DNA of 64,000 bases from Candidatus Saccharimonadales bacterium. Its GTDB lineage: Bacteria; Patescibacteriota; Saccharimonadia; Saccharimonadales; UBA4665. The position numbers were made by a program, and so were the translations under genes. Below the pieces are notes generated by a model. That model saw only the letters and a program-made list of their open reading frames with translations, did no database searches and was not told where the DNA came from. The stretch is taken from NCBI GenBank assembly GCA_041743655.1, contig JBGTMJ010000018.1, forward strand, positions 11,225 through 75,224, read 5' to 3'. Shown here piece after piece: positions 16,322-29,153 of this stretch (position 1 is the first letter of the stretch; each line of letters begins with the position of its first letter).

Positions 16322-18163
16322 ATGTGCGGCATCGTAGGATACATTGGCGATAAACATAACGGCGTACAAGTAGTACTTGACGGGCTCCAGGCCTTAGAAT
16401 ATCGGGGCTACGATTCTGCAGGAGTCGCGTATATTGACAACAAACGGGTGGCCCATGTAGCAAAGCAACTAGGACAAGTTGCAAACGTGCGGGCAAGGCT
16501 ATCTAACTCTTCGAAAACAAAGAGTGCCTTAGCAATAGGGCACACCCGGTGGGCGACACATGGATCCCCCAGTATTAAGAATGCCCATCCCCACTTCAAC
16601 GCGGATAAAACCATATATGTAGTCCACAACGGTATTATCGAGAATTGCGCTTTGCTTAAAGACAAGCTTCAGAAGGCCGGCTATAGATTCATATCTCAGA
16701 CTGATACTGAAGTGATCCCTCATCTGATTGACTTTCACTACAAACAGACAAAGAATTTGAGAAAAGCTTTCGAGATCGCTCTGGAAGAACTTGAGGGAGC
16801 ATATGCCATAGCTGCGTTTGCTACGCATGAGCCAGAGACGCTACTAGCCGCCCGCCTCTCAAGCCCCCTCGTAGTAGGGATAGGCGATAGCGAATACTTT
16901 ATAGCTTCTGACCCATCGGCGATCATGGAGCACACAAAAGAAGTAATCTACTTGGAAGATTACGAAATGGCTGTGCTCACTCCAAATAAGCATTCAATTA
17001 AAAATATCCGGCAATCAAAAGAGATTGACCGTAAAAGCGAAACGCTCACGTTTGACACCTCTGGCGTAGGAAAAGGCAAATTTGCACACTACATGCTTAA
17101 GGAGATGTTTGAAACGCCTGACGCCATCCGGACTGCAACGCGCGGCAGAATCCGCTTGGAAGATTTAACTGTCAAGCTTGGGGGCTTAGGCGATGTGCGG
17201 CAGCAACTCAACCACATTGAGCGCATTATCGTTGTAGCGTGCGGAACCTCATATTACGCTGGTCTGGTTGGCGAGTACCTTATCGAGGAAATCGCAGGCA
17301 TACCGGTAGAGGTACAGTTGGCTTCGGAATTCAAATATCGTGACGAACCGCTAACTCGCAGTACGGCAATTCTGGCGCTCTCCCAGTCCGGTGAGACTGC
17401 CGATACTATAGCTGCACTTAAAAAGGTAGAAGACTACGGCATATTGCGCCTGGGCGTCGTTAACGCCGTTGGCTCTACTATTGCCAGGCTTACCGACGCT
17501 GGTGTGTATTTGCACGCCGGTCCAGAACAAGCCGTGGCCTCAACCAAAGCTTTTATGGCGCAGGTTACTGTTCTGACACTCATAGCTTTAGAATTGAGCC
17601 AGAATACCGCACCGACAAAATTGTTTAAACCGCTCTTGGGCGAACTTGCCAGTCTACCTGAAAAAGCAACGCTGATACTCCAGGACATCGCAACTATCCA
17701 TAACCTGGCAAAGAAATACGCCAATTATCGGGACTTCCTGTACATCGGCCGCCGCTACGGATATCCTTGCGCGCTTGAAGGTGCGCTTAAGCTGAAAGAG
17801 GTCTCTTATATACACGCCGAAGGCTATGCTGCCGGCGAAACAAAACATGGGCCGCTGGCCATGATAGATCCTAATTTCCCGACCTTTGCCATCGCCTGTG
17901 ATTCGCCTTTGCTGGAAAAAACCTACTCGACTATAGAGGAGATTCGTGCCCGGCGTGGGCCGGTTATCGCGATAGCTACCCAGGGCAACGAGCACATCAA
18001 GAAGCTAGCCAACGACGTCATTTATATCCCTAAGACACTTGAACAAACCCAGCCTCAACTCGTAGCTCTCGTAGAACAGCTTTTCGCCTACTATGTGGCG
18101 GTCGAGAAAGGCTTGAACGTAGACCGGCCACGCAACCTGGCAAAATCGGTTACCGTAGAATAA
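16322..18163 (+). CDS. glmS: glutamine--fructose-6-phosphate aminotransferase
   Basis: MCGIVGYIG N-terminal nucleophile, two SIS domains, C-terminal ...NLAKSVTVE, 613 aa. GGAGAG SD. Confidence 0.97.
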   Translation: MCGIVGYIGDKHNGVQVVLDGLQALEYRGYDSAGVAYIDNKRVAHVAKQLGQVANVRARLSNSSKTKSALAIGHTRWATHGSPSIKNAHPHFNADKTIYVVHNGIIENCALLKDKLQKAGYRFISQTDTEVIPHLIDFHYKQTKNLRKAFEIALEELEGAYAIAAFATHEPETLLAARLSSPLVVGIGDSEYFIASDPSAIMEHTKEVIYLEDYEMAVLTPNKHSIKNIRQSKEIDRKSETLTFDTSGVGKGKFAHYMLKEMFETPDAIRTATRGRIRLEDLTVKLGGLGDVRQQLNHIERIIVVACGTSYYAGLVGEYLIEEIAGIPVEVQLASEFKYRDEPLTRSTAILALSQSGETADTIAALKKVEDYGILRLGVVNAVGSTIARLTDAGVYLHAGPEQAVASTKAFMAQVTVLTLIALELSQNTAPTKLFKPLLGELASLPEKATLILQDIATIHNLAKKYANYRDFLYIGRRYGYPCALEGALKLKEVSYIHAEGYAAGETKHGPLAMIDPNFPTFAIACDSPLLEKTYSTIEEIRARRGPVIAIATQGNEHIKKLANDVIYIPKTLEQTQPQLVALVEQLFAYYVAVEKGLNVDRPRNLAKSVTVE

Positions 18164-18197
18164 GGGGTTATGTCGATAACGCAAGGCTTGCTGCCAG

Positions 18198-19280
18198 CTA
18201 GAGATATTCGCTCTCGCTCTTTTGAGCTAGTAAACCTTGTATATCCTTGATTTTTTCAATTTTGTCCTTTGGTATTACCAATAATACATCGTCTGTATCG
18301 ACGATCACCAAATCTTCAACTCCTGCGACTGCTATAAGTTTCTGTTTGCTGCTCGTCTTAATAAGTGAACCTGTTGTCTCAACAGCCACTACATTACCGT
18401 CAGTGTAGTTTCCAATGCCGTCGCCATCTATAAAGAACTCGTACACTGAACCCCAGGTACCGATATCCGCCCATTTGTATGGCAACAGAACTATACGCCC
18501 TTCTTTCATGACGTGTTTGGTTACTTCCTCAGTCGCACCCTTCTCCATACTTTCGTATATCTCTTCGATAACCGCATCCTCGCCAGGCTTATCGATGGCC
18601 TCTTTAATTCTCATGAGCGCCTCGTACCAGTCAGGCCGGTGCTTCTTATAGGCATCTAGCATAAGTTCCGGATACCAGCATGAATGATTGCAGTGGGTCA
18701 CAATATGATAGTTTTCGATCAGCTCCTTGGTCTCACGATAGCTGGATCTCCGGCCTAAGAACTCTTCTACTTCAAATACGTCTTGGCCATCATGAGCCAC
18801 TTCTTCACCAAGTTGTAGATAATCCACACCCATGTCCGGTGCAGTTGCCTTAATGCCACCAGAAATATATTTTTTGTCCCTTTTTACGAGTTTGCCGACA
18901 TCGTCAATCATCTGCAAAAAAGCTTCTTCTGGCTTGCGGACACAGTCGGCCTGCACTAAAAAGAAAGGTTCATTGGGATGTATAACACTGAGCCGTAAAA
19001 ATGCCAAGCCCTCGCCTGGACCACGGTCTTTAGCAACATCCGGCTCAACAATGTAGTTCTTAAGTGGTATCTTAGGGGACTGTTCGGAAATATATTTTAT
19101 AAACTTGCGTTTGGTAGAAACAAATATATCTTCGGGGGCAAACTTTTTGAGTAACGTAGTAATCGTATACGTATAGAGTGACGCGTCCCCAACAATAGAT
19201 TGGAATTGCTTAGGCTTATTCTTACGAGAGTAAGGCCATAGCTTCGTCCCCTGTCCACCCGCCGTAACTATTATTTTCAT
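18198..19280 (-). CDS. sugar-1-phosphate nucleotidyltransferase (mannose-1-phosphate guanylyltransferase-like)
   Basis: MKIIVTAGGQGTKLWPYSR... nucleotidyltransferase signature. 360 aa with no obvious cupin/isomerase domain. Confidence 0.75.
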   Translation of the reverse strand: MKIIVTAGGQGTKLWPYSRKNKPKQFQSIVGDASLYTYTITTLLKKFAPEDIFVSTKRKFIKYISEQSPKIPLKNYIVEPDVAKDRGPGEGLAFLRLSVIHPNEPFFLVQADCVRKPEEAFLQMIDDVGKLVKRDKKYISGGIKATAPDMGVDYLQLGEEVAHDGQDVFEVEEFLGRRSSYRETKELIENYHIVTHCNHSCWYPELMLDAYKKHRPDWYEALMRIKEAIDKPGEDAVIEEIYESMEKGATEEVTKHVMKEGRIVLLPYKWADIGTWGSVYEFFIDGDGIGNYTDGNVVAVETTGSLIKTSSKQKLIAVAGVEDLVIVDTDDVLLVIPKDKIEKIKDIQGLLAQKSESEYL

Positions 19281-19508
19281 TACTACTCCTACTCACCACC
19301 CCCTGTTAATTAGTGTTGTACGCTGCTTGTTGTTCGGCCATCAATAAACGGCAACCTTCATGCGTATCATAACACTTGTTTCGCACTAAAACAGATAGTT
19401 GTAGTAATGACATACTAGAAAACTAGCCTGCAATAGTATTATTACATTGTATGTTCCGCTTGTTTTGTGGCATAGATGGTTTTACTGCTTAATTACCAGG
19501 AGGCTCCC

Positions 19509-21889
<2,381 letters not shown>

Positions 21890-21906
21890 AGGAAGGATTT
21901 TACACT

Positions 21907-22476
21907 ATGAGCGTACCAACTACTGAATTTACTCCCCATCCAACCGAAATACCAGGTCTACTGATTTTTGACGTTACTGATGTGGGTGACGATCGTGGTT
22001 ACTTCCAGGAGAAATATCAAAAAGCCAAGTTGGTAAAGGCAGGTATGCCTCAGAGCTTTGATGTAGTACAGAACAGCTTATCATATAACAAAGAAGCTGG
22101 CGTTACTCGTGGGTTTCATGCCGAGCCTTGGGACAAATACATATCAGTAGTAATGGGGAAAGTTTTTGCCGCATATGTAGACCTGCGTTTAGGTGATACG
22201 TTCGGTAAAGTTGTAACAACCGAGATTACCCCCAATAATGCAGTATTTCTGCCCCAAGGAGTAGGCAACTCATTCCAAACACTTGAACCAAATACCTATT
22301 ATCTTTATAGCGTCAACGCCCATTGGAGTGCTGACAATTACGCTAAATACTTATCCGTCAACTTGGCCGACCCAGATGCTCATGTCGAGTGGCCAATCCC
22401 CTTAAACCAAGCCATCATGTCCGACCGGGACCGCAACCATCCCCGAATAAAAGACGTCAAACCATTGGAGGTTTAA
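21907..22476 (+). CDS. rfbC: dTDP-4-dehydrorhamnose 3,5-epimerase
   Basis: 189 aa. Cupin-type RmlC pattern (DDRGYFQE..., GFHAEPWDKY..., FLPQGVGNSFQ) and position inside the rfb block. Confidence 0.88.
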   Translation: MSVPTTEFTPHPTEIPGLLIFDVTDVGDDRGYFQEKYQKAKLVKAGMPQSFDVVQNSLSYNKEAGVTRGFHAEPWDKYISVVMGKVFAAYVDLRLGDTFGKVVTTEITPNNAVFLPQGVGNSFQTLEPNTYYLYSVNAHWSADNYAKYLSVNLADPDAHVEWPIPLNQAIMSDRDRNHPRIKDVKPLEV

Positions 22477-22480
22477 AAGT

Positions 22481-23356
22481 ATGGATACTTCTCGTTTCTT
22501 GATTGTCGGTGCCTATGGCCAGCTCGGGAAAGCGTTGCAGGCTAAGTACCCCGATGCTATTGCCGCAGACCGCGACACTTTCGATATGACTGACCAGAAA
22601 ATGCTACGCAGCTATGACTGGTCCAAGATTGATACTATCCTTAATGCTGCTGCTTTCACGAATGTCGATGGAGCCGAGACATCCGAGGGACGCAAAGCAG
22701 CCTGGGAGATTAACGCACATGCTATAGGCTCGTTGGCTATTATTGCTGCCGAACATAACTTAACACTTGTGCACATATCAAGCGACTACGTCTTCGACGG
22801 CAGCAAGGCACCACATAGTGAAGAAGAAGCTTTTACTCCATTAAACATGTATGGCAAGACCAAAGCGGCAGGTGATATTGCGGCGACTATTGCCCCTAAA
22901 CACTACATACTCCGTACCTCATGGGTGATTGGTGATGGCCCTAACTTTGTCCGGGCCATGATAGACCGGGCTGGTAAGAATATTTCTCCCACAGTTGTAG
23001 CTGACCAGGTAGGCCGTCTCACTTTTGTAGGCACACTTGTCGATGCCATCGATCACCTGTTACGAAACAAGCCAGGGTACGGTACATACAACGTTAGCAA
23101 TGATGGTGAGCCGGCAAGCTGGGCCGCGATAACCCGCACTATTTTTAAAGAGCTGGGCCACGATGACCTCGCTGTTACCGACACGACCACGGCAGAATAT
23201 TTTGTAACCAGACCTGCCGCCGCGCCACGTCCGCTGAAAAGTGTTCTAGACCTTAACAAAATCAAAGCAACTGGCCTCCAACTACGTGATTGGCGAGATG
23301 ATTTACACGATTATATTAAAGCAGAAACAGCCAAGCCAAAGGAACAAGAGTCATGA
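22481..23356 (+). CDS. rfbD: dTDP-4-dehydrorhamnose reductase
   Basis: [11 protein letters not shown]ossmann motif, [18 protein letters not shown] catalytic motif. Overlaps rfbA by 4 nt. Confidence 0.9.
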   Translation: MDTSRFLIVGAYGQLGKALQAKYPDAIAADRDTFDMTDQKMLRSYDWSKIDTILNAAAFTNVDGAETSEGRKAAWEINAHAIGSLAIIAAEHNLTLVHISSDYVFDGSKAPHSEEEAFTPLNMYGKTKAAGDIAATIAPKHYILRTSWVIGDGPNFVRAMIDRAGKNISPTVVADQVGRLTFVGTLVDAIDHLLRNKPGYGTYNVSNDGEPASWAAITRTIFKELGHDDLAVTDTTTAEYFVTRPAAAPRPLKSVLDLNKIKATGLQLRDWRDDLHDYIKAETAKPKEQES

Positions 23357-24225
23357 AAGGTATCATTCTAGCAGGTGGATCAGGTTCACGTCTGTACCCG
23401 ATAACCAAGGGAATTTCCAAACAGCTCATGCCTATTTATGACAAGCCAATGGTATATTATCCACTATCGACGCTCATGATGGCCGGTATCCAGGAAATAC
23501 TCATTATTACTACTCCTGACGATCAGGCACAATTTAAACGACTCTTGGGTGACGGGTCACAGCTTGGCTGCCGCTTCGAGTATGTCGCACAGCCACAGCC
23601 GAACGGTCTTGCCGAAGCATTTATTATTGGTGAAGAATTTATCGGTGACGATAAAGTTGCACTGGTACTGGGCGACAATATCTTTTACGGTCATGGCTTC
23701 GGTAACAGCCTCAAAAAATGCACCGATTCGGATGGGGGTGTTGTCTTTGCCTACCCGGTTTCCGACCCTGAACGATATGGTGTCGTTGAGTTTGACAAGG
23801 ATTTGAGGGCTGTCTCTATCGAGGAAAAACCTTCGGAACCTAAGTCTAATTATGCCGTAGTAGGGCTCTACTTCTTTGATAATGATGTAGTCGAGATTGC
23901 CAAAAGCATTAAACCATCTGATCGTGGCGAACTGGAGATTACTACGGTAAACGAAACGTACTTGAAACGTGGAAAACTAAAGGTTCAAACCATGGACCGT
24001 GGTACTGCCTGGCTGGATACTGGTACCTTTGGCTCCATGACCGACGCTTCACAGTTCGTAGAAGTCATTGAAAAGCGTACCGGTCTTAAACTCGGCTGTA
24101 TTGAAGAAGTTGCCTGGCAGGAAAAATATATAGACAGCAAACAATTGCTGGCCCTTGCCGAACCACTTGTTAAAAGTGGCTATGGGGTGTACTTAAAGAA
24201 AATTTTAGAAGACAGCCGCACATAA
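23353..24225 (+). CDS. rfbA: glucose-1-phosphate thymidylyltransferase
   Basis: [39 protein letters not shown]... is a near-canonical RmlA N-terminus. Confidence 0.96.
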   Translation: MKGIILAGGSGSRLYPITKGISKQLMPIYDKPMVYYPLSTLMMAGIQEILIITTPDDQAQFKRLLGDGSQLGCRFEYVAQPQPNGLAEAFIIGEEFIGDDKVALVLGDNIFYGHGFGNSLKKCTDSDGGVVFAYPVSDPERYGVVEFDKDLRAVSIEEKPSEPKSNYAVVGLYFFDNDVVEIAKSIKPSDRGELEITTVNETYLKRGKLKVQTMDRGTAWLDTGTFGSMTDASQFVEVIEKRTGLKLGCIEEVAWQEKYIDSKQLLALAEPLVKSGYGVYLKKILEDSRT

Positions 24226-24238
24226 ATATGTAAAACGT

Positions 24239-24664
24239 ATGTTACAACTCATCGAAAAGCACCGACATATAACAACCCAGTTTGTACGTTATCTATGGGT
24301 AGCCTTTGTTGGGCTTGGTTTCGACTTCGCTACTTTAGTTTTTTTACGCGAAATAGTTGGCACTCATTACCTCGTAGCAGCGGCTGGCGGTTTCGTTGTT
24401 GGTCTGGCAGTCAACTACTTATTGAGTATCCGATACGTCTTTAAGAACCCAAAAATAAAGTCCCACGCTATGAACTTCGGTATTTTTGGGCTTATAGGGC
24501 TTATTGGGCTTGGCATACTAACCTTGCTTATGTGGGCATTCACCGACGGCCTTACCTTTAACTACATCGTATCAAAGGTTGTTGCGACCTTTTTTGTCTA
24601 TATATGGAACTTTTTTGCCCGCCGCTCGCTCTACCACAACGAACCAACAGATCAAGCAGCGTAA
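24239..24664 (+). CDS. GtrA-family membrane protein (lipid-linked sugar translocase-like)
   Basis: 141 aa, four TM helices, typical ...QFVRYLWVAFVGLGFDF... and ...WNFFARRSLY motifs. Confidence 0.8.
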   Translation: MLQLIEKHRHITTQFVRYLWVAFVGLGFDFATLVFLREIVGTHYLVAAAGGFVVGLAVNYLLSIRYVFKNPKIKSHAMNFGIFGLIGLIGLGILTLLMWAFTDGLTFNYIVSKVVATFFVYIWNFFARRSLYHNEPTDQAA

Positions 24665-25470
24665 TACTTCTGTCCGAGTGCCACGGCTGCCCGGACTCGG
24701 TCAACATTCTCACCTTCGTCACCTGGACGCATCTCAATAGATACAAATCCTTTATGGCCAATCGCCTTAAGCGCTTCTGCTGCCTCCTGATGACGCACAT
24801 CTTCCCGTTCCACAACCTTATCCAACATCGGCGAACTTATATGGAAATGCTTCAGCCAAGAAGCGCCCTGCTTGATTGCTTTTTTCAAATTGTCACTTGC
24901 CAAAGTCATACAGGCAATATCTAGGTGAAGGCCAAAGCCTGGGTTGTTAATCTTTTTGACTAACTTGATACCTTCTTCGGCGTTCGTTACAAAGTCGCAG
25001 GCATACTGGGTAGCATTAGGTTCGATACAAAACTGCACGCCATGTTTGCGGGCTTCGGTACCTAGCTCATTAAAAAATTCATGCGCTATTACATCTGCTT
25101 TGGCCTTACTCAGAGTCCCGCGTTGGCGATTCTTAGGTGAGCCAAAAACTAACACACCCACGCCCATCTTACCGGCCAGGGCAATAAACTGCTTCAAGTA
25201 GGCGAGGGTCTCTTTGCGGTTTTCAGGACTTTCAAATATTTTTAACTCAGGGTGGGGGAAGAGCATCGACTGGAACGCCACCACCTTGATGCCGTGGTCT
25301 TCCCAGAACTTCAGGTAATCCTTGATTTGCTTATCAGTGGCCTTCAGTGGGTCTTCCCATACTTTGGTGGGCGCAATTTCCACATACTTTACTCCCAGTT
25401 TTTGCAGCTCTTTGGCGACTTCTTGTTCCTCGGCAGCCGTCCAGGCGATGTTAGATATAGCTAGCTTCAT
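24652..25470 (-). CDS. xylose-isomerase-like TIM-barrel protein (sugar phosphate isomerase/epimerase family)
   Basis: MKLAISNIAW...VKYVEIAPTKVW... and later HLDIACM.../HFHIS metal-site-like motifs. Paralogous to the next ORF. Confidence 0.7.
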   Translation of the reverse strand: MKLAISNIAWTAAEEQEVAKELQKLGVKYVEIAPTKVWEDPLKATDKQIKDYLKFWEDHGIKVVAFQSMLFPHPELKIFESPENRKETLAYLKQFIALAGKMGVGVLVFGSPKNRQRGTLSKAKADVIAHEFFNELGTEARKHGVQFCIEPNATQYACDFVTNAEEGIKLVKKINNPGFGLHLDIACMTLASDNLKKAIKQGASWLKHFHISSPMLDKVVEREDVRHQEAAEALKAIGHKGFVSIEMRPGDEGENVDRVRAAVALGQKYYAA

Positions 25471-25474
25471 ATTC

Positions 25475-26398
25475 TTAGTTTACAGGATAGTGTGTTCGGA
25501 CAAACCTGACCGCTCTTTCAATATCCTTAATATTTTTATCAAGGGGTTGATTCTTATCCGGCATCATTTCAATGGCAAGAGTAATCATCTTAAACATTTT
25601 TTTACCGCTTACAATATGGCCAAGCGCACGAGCAAACGCTCTATGGTTTTCGTGGGTCTTACTGCCAACAAGGGCCATGCCTTTTTCACTGACTTGCCAA
25701 TGAGAAGCCAGCCGCCCTCCTTCAGCCGCGCGGGTAATAGTTTTAAAGATATTCTCACCGGAATCCTGCATTGCAAATCTGTCCGGTACTAGGACAGGGT
25801 TATGGGCGCTAGACCCTTCCGGGTTGTTGAGCGCACTAAGAAAGCTATCAACTTCAGATCCGCTTCGGCCAAAACCATTCTCAACATACAATCTCGAAAC
25901 CGGTTCAATACCAAGGATGACGTCGTGTTTAGTAGCGTAACCGCCTAATTTGTCAAAGAAATCTGCAGCCATTGCTTGCATTTCACTCCGCGCACGATTC
26001 TTTGGCAATGCTCTGGTGTTTGGAGATCCGTAAATAATTGTTCTAACGCCCGCCAGTTGGGCAAGGTCAATAATCCCCCGTATATGCGTCTTGAGCGTAT
26101 CCCTGCCTTCTTTGTCTCCAAAGATCTCTCCAGGAATTTGATATGTCAATGCTTGGAAACCAGCAATTTTGCGTCCTCGTAAGGTATCGACATATTCACT
26201 TACATCTTGTTTATCAATGGCCTGCGGACCACTCGATAAAATCCTGGGCCATGCCTTTGTCGGAGCAACATCTATTGCCGGCACGTCAAGTTGCACCAAC
26301 ATATCAATGGCCTTTTGGTGAGCAATCCTCCTCTGATTAGCAGTTATTGTATCGGGCCAACATATATTAGAAACGGACAACTCAACAGGCGCAGCCAT
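25475..26398 (-). CDS. xylose-isomerase-like TIM-barrel protein, paralog 2
   Basis: ELSVSNICW...VPAIDVAPTKAW... parallels the N-terminus of 24652..25470. 307 aa. Confidence 0.6.
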   Translation of the reverse strand: MAAPVELSVSNICWPDTITANQRRIAHQKAIDMLVQLDVPAIDVAPTKAWPRILSSGPQAIDKQDVSEYVDTLRGRKIAGFQALTYQIPGEIFGDKEGRDTLKTHIRGIIDLAQLAGVRTIIYGSPNTRALPKNRARSEMQAMAADFFDKLGGYATKHDVILGIEPVSRLYVENGFGRSGSEVDSFLSALNNPEGSSAHNPVLVPDRFAMQDSGENIFKTITRAAEGGRLASHWQVSEKGMALVGSKTHENHRAFARALGHIVSGKKMFKMITLAIEMMPDKNQPLDKNIKDIERAVRFVRTHYPVN

Positions 26399-26417
26399 AA
26401 TAACCCTTCCTCAAGAC

Positions 26418-27188
26418 TTACTTATTCTTGCTTGATTCTACAAACTTTTTTATGTCCTGTAAAGTCTGTTGCTTAGAATATAAGTAACCGTCTTTGCCGC
26501 CGTAGACACCTGCATACTTACTGCGCATGTCCCACACTGCAGGTTTAATGCCTTCTGGCTCGTTCTTAAAGTCCTTGATGTCAAAACAGCAATCAGCAAC
26601 TTCGTCGGTCCGCACTGGTTCGGTTGCAAAGTTAACTAGCTCTAAATTGTTATTCAGCGCGATCTGAATATCTTTCCAGATGTTGCCGAGGTTATAGTAC
26701 TGGTACGATCCAGCGTAATGGATGCGGTCAACGTTATTGTTATGCAGCAAGTCGTAGATAACGTTCTTTTTAAGCCCTTGGCCAAATAAGCCAGGTAAGC
26801 GTACGATCGTAACATCAAATTTGTCCCGGCAGAAGTTTTCCAAGTAAAGCCGGTTTGCTCCGTAGGGGAGCAAGCCTTCTTGCTCAATTAGCGTATCTTC
26901 GTCAACGCCAACTGCAGTTTTATATACGCCTACACTAGATATAAGCACCAACTTCTTAATCTTTACTTGCTTAATGTGTTCAATATATTCATTAATTTCG
27001 GCCAGGTCTTTTTCCGGCTCCTGATTAATCCGCCACATTTCGGCACGGTTGGCAGCGCTAATTACCAAGTCGTATTCTTTACCCTCAATATCGGTGATAT
27101 TACTACTATTGTAAAGATCGTCAAACTTGTTCTGGGCAGCAATATTGCCGCCAACAAACCCAGTGTACCCAATAAGCGCGCTTGCCAT
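26418..27188 (-). CDS. NAD(P)-binding Rossmann-fold protein (epimerase/reductase-like)
   Basis: N-terminal ALIGYTGFVGGNI glycine-rich loop, ...LVISAA..., 256 aa. No precise family assigned. Confidence 0.55.
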   Translation of the reverse strand: MASALIGYTGFVGGNIAAQNKFDDLYNSSNITDIEGKEYDLVISAANRAEMWRINQEPEKDLAEINEYIEHIKQVKIKKLVLISSVGVYKTAVGVDEDTLIEQEGLLPYGANRLYLENFCRDKFDVTIVRLPGLFGQGLKKNVIYDLLHNNNVDRIHYAGSYQYYNLGNIWKDIQIALNNNLELVNFATEPVRTDEVADCCFDIKDFKNEPEGIKPAVWDMRSKYAGVYGGKDGYLYSKQQTLQDIKKFVESSKNK

Positions 27189-27245
27189 ATTCCCTCTTTT
27201 CTTAAATACTAACTCTAGTATACCAGCCAGTGTTTGCGATAGCTG

Positions 27246-27515
27246 TTACTTAGAACGTGCAGGCGGAACCTTATAGCCGTGGTTTTTGATCACATATCTT
27301 TCTATGGCGGCAATACTTTTTGCATATACTTTAAGGTCTGTGTTTCTCGTGATATTCTCCAAAGATTTCAACACAAAGTTCGCTAAGCCTCGATCAGTAA
27401 ATTTAATTTCTGGAAGGTTCAATAGATAGTCAAGCTGTAGCTTGAATTGGTCGTAACGCTTGCGGTCAAATTTAGGATTGTTAGTCTCTTCTAGTATCAT
27501 AGCCTCCGGATGCAT
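27246..27515 (-). CDS. hypothetical protein (89 aa)
   Basis: ORF in the operon orientation. No motif recognised. Confidence 0.4.
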   Translation of the reverse strand: MHPEAMILEETNNPKFDRKRYDQFKLQLDYLLNLPEIKFTDRGLANFVLKSLENITRNTDLKVYAKSIAAIERYVIKNHGYKVPPARSK

Positions 27516-27586
27516 AAGATCTATTTTACACCCCCAACAGGTAAATTACGTTTGTGAGCTTCTCGTGGAGTGTCATACAGATAAAT

Positions 27587-28191
27587 CTAGTTATTCATTC
27601 TAGGCTCAGTTACAGGATATTCTGCTAAACATGCTACCCCTTTCCTGGTGAACCCTCGCCCACCGCTTAATGCATCAGGTGGTAACTTGAGCGTGCGCTC
27701 TAAAATCCATGCCGCTAGGCGTTCAGTACGTTGTTGTACTGGAGGCAAACTATCCTCAGCCTTTTGAGTGTACGGCCGATAACCAGCACATCGTAACTAT
27801 CAAGCCCTCTGGAAATCTCTTCTGAGAAGAATGGCATCAGTGTCTTTTCAGGTTCTGAAGATAAAACCTTTTCCGCACCATGGTTGGCAGCATAGACTGC
27901 GCCCTGAATACGTTGTGTAGCAATCCCACCTACTTCGGCATGGACTACTGTAGCGCCCCGTTCCTTATGTTCCTTTGCTACCCATTCAGCATGTTCTTCA
28001 GGAGAAGAATCAACAACGATATAGGGGATATCCTGCTCCCTCATATTCTCTGCAGTGTTTAACGAAAGTCTAAAGCGTGCATCGTTTGGGTCGGTATAAA
28101 AAGTACCGGTCACAGCCACGAGATCCACGCCAAGGTAATCGGTAGCGATAGGCTTATCTTTAAGTTCGGCAGATTTGAGCATAAGCGGCAA
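27587..28191 (-). pseudogene. ~200-aa ORF interrupted by a -1 frame change (pseudogene, assembly error or recoding)
   Basis: Frame A runs 28191/28182..27715 and ends ...VLVIGRTLKRLRIVCLQYNNVLNA*. A start-less frame B is open from ~27796 to the TAG at 27589..27587 (...YTQKAEDSLPPVQQRTERLAAWILERTLKLPPDALSGGRGF...). The overlap contains CTCAAAAGG. Confidence 0.45.
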
Positions 28192-28294
28192 TCAGCTTCC
28201 ATTTTAAGCAAATATATTATATGTTATATAGTACGTACTTTTTCTTGTCTAGCAAGAGTAGTCCTAGAGCTAATCGCTTCATACAGTAAGCCAA

Positions 28295-29152
28295 CTACGG
28301 CCCGAATTTAAGAGACGTTTGTTTTTGGCGCGGGCGGTATTGGCGGCGGGCGGCCTTAAATAATACATTTAATACATGGAGGTTGCCTTTTATTGGGCTG
28401 ATTTTCGTCGGTGTCTTTCCTTTTTTGGGGTACCCACGTGTTACTGGCGTTTCAATAAGTTTGTATTTTTTGGCGCGGGCACTCTCAATGGCTAAATAAT
28501 AATGCAGCTCATACGTCTGAAAAACATCCCGCAGAATAGCCAAGTTTTTATCAGTAAGTAATTTAGCGCTATAAGCCCGAAAACCGTTAGTCGTGTCTGT
28601 GTGCCAGTGCCTCGCTGATAAGCTGATAATTGGCGCATGCAATAAACGTACGCCAATCAGACGTTCTAGTGGAGTATTGATTGCCTTACCGCCTTTGATA
28701 AAACGTGAACCTTGGATATGGTCATAACCTTTATCGAGCAGTCTAATAAAGTTGGAAATAGCCGAAACATCATCTTTGCCATTGCCATCTATAGTAATTA
28801 CACCTTGGTAACCTTCGTGAAGGGCATAGGCGAATGCCATGCGCATTTGGGCACTTAACTTACCTGGTCCAGTTTTAGTTAGTAAGGCTCTTACATCAAC
28901 CGACTTCAGAAAGTCTTCTTCTATTGACCCGTCAGTACTGCCACCATCTGCTATGATGATATCTACCTGATCGGCATATCTTTTCATATGTTTCAGCTGT
29001 TTCTGTATTTTCTCGCCTTCATTAATCACAAATACGCAAATGCAGTATGTATTTCTTTTCTTAGAAAATACGTGCTCGGTAAAATCTGGGAACTCCCACG
29101 TCCGGTGGACTTTCTTAATCTCAGTAATAATATCAGGAACTGTTCTTGCCAT
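28295..29152 (-). CDS. glycosyltransferase family 2 (soluble)
   Basis: VFVINEGEKI...IIIADGGSTDGS and ITIDGNGKDD (DxD-equivalent) followed by IQGSRF. Confidence 0.8.
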   Translation of the reverse strand: MARTVPDIITEIKKVHRTWEFPDFTEHVFSKKRNTYCICVFVINEGEKIQKQLKHMKRYADQVDIIIADGGSTDGSIEEDFLKSVDVRALLTKTGPGKLSAQMRMAFAYALHEGYQGVITIDGNGKDDVSAISNFIRLLDKGYDHIQGSRFIKGGKAINTPLERLIGVRLLHAPIISLSARHWHTDTTNGFRAYSAKLLTDKNLAILRDVFQTYELHYYLAIESARAKKYKLIETPVTRGYPKKGKTPTKISPIKGNLHVLNVLFKAARRQYRPRQKQTSLKFGP

Positions 29153-29153
29153 A

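Noticed and set aside
27715-27800. Programmed -1 ribosomal frameshifting as the explanation for the frame break.
   Set aside because: No canonical X-XXY-YYZ slippery heptamer (only CTCAAAAGG) and no obvious downstream stimulatory hairpin. A simple indel is more parsimonious. Kept as a minor alternative in the finding.
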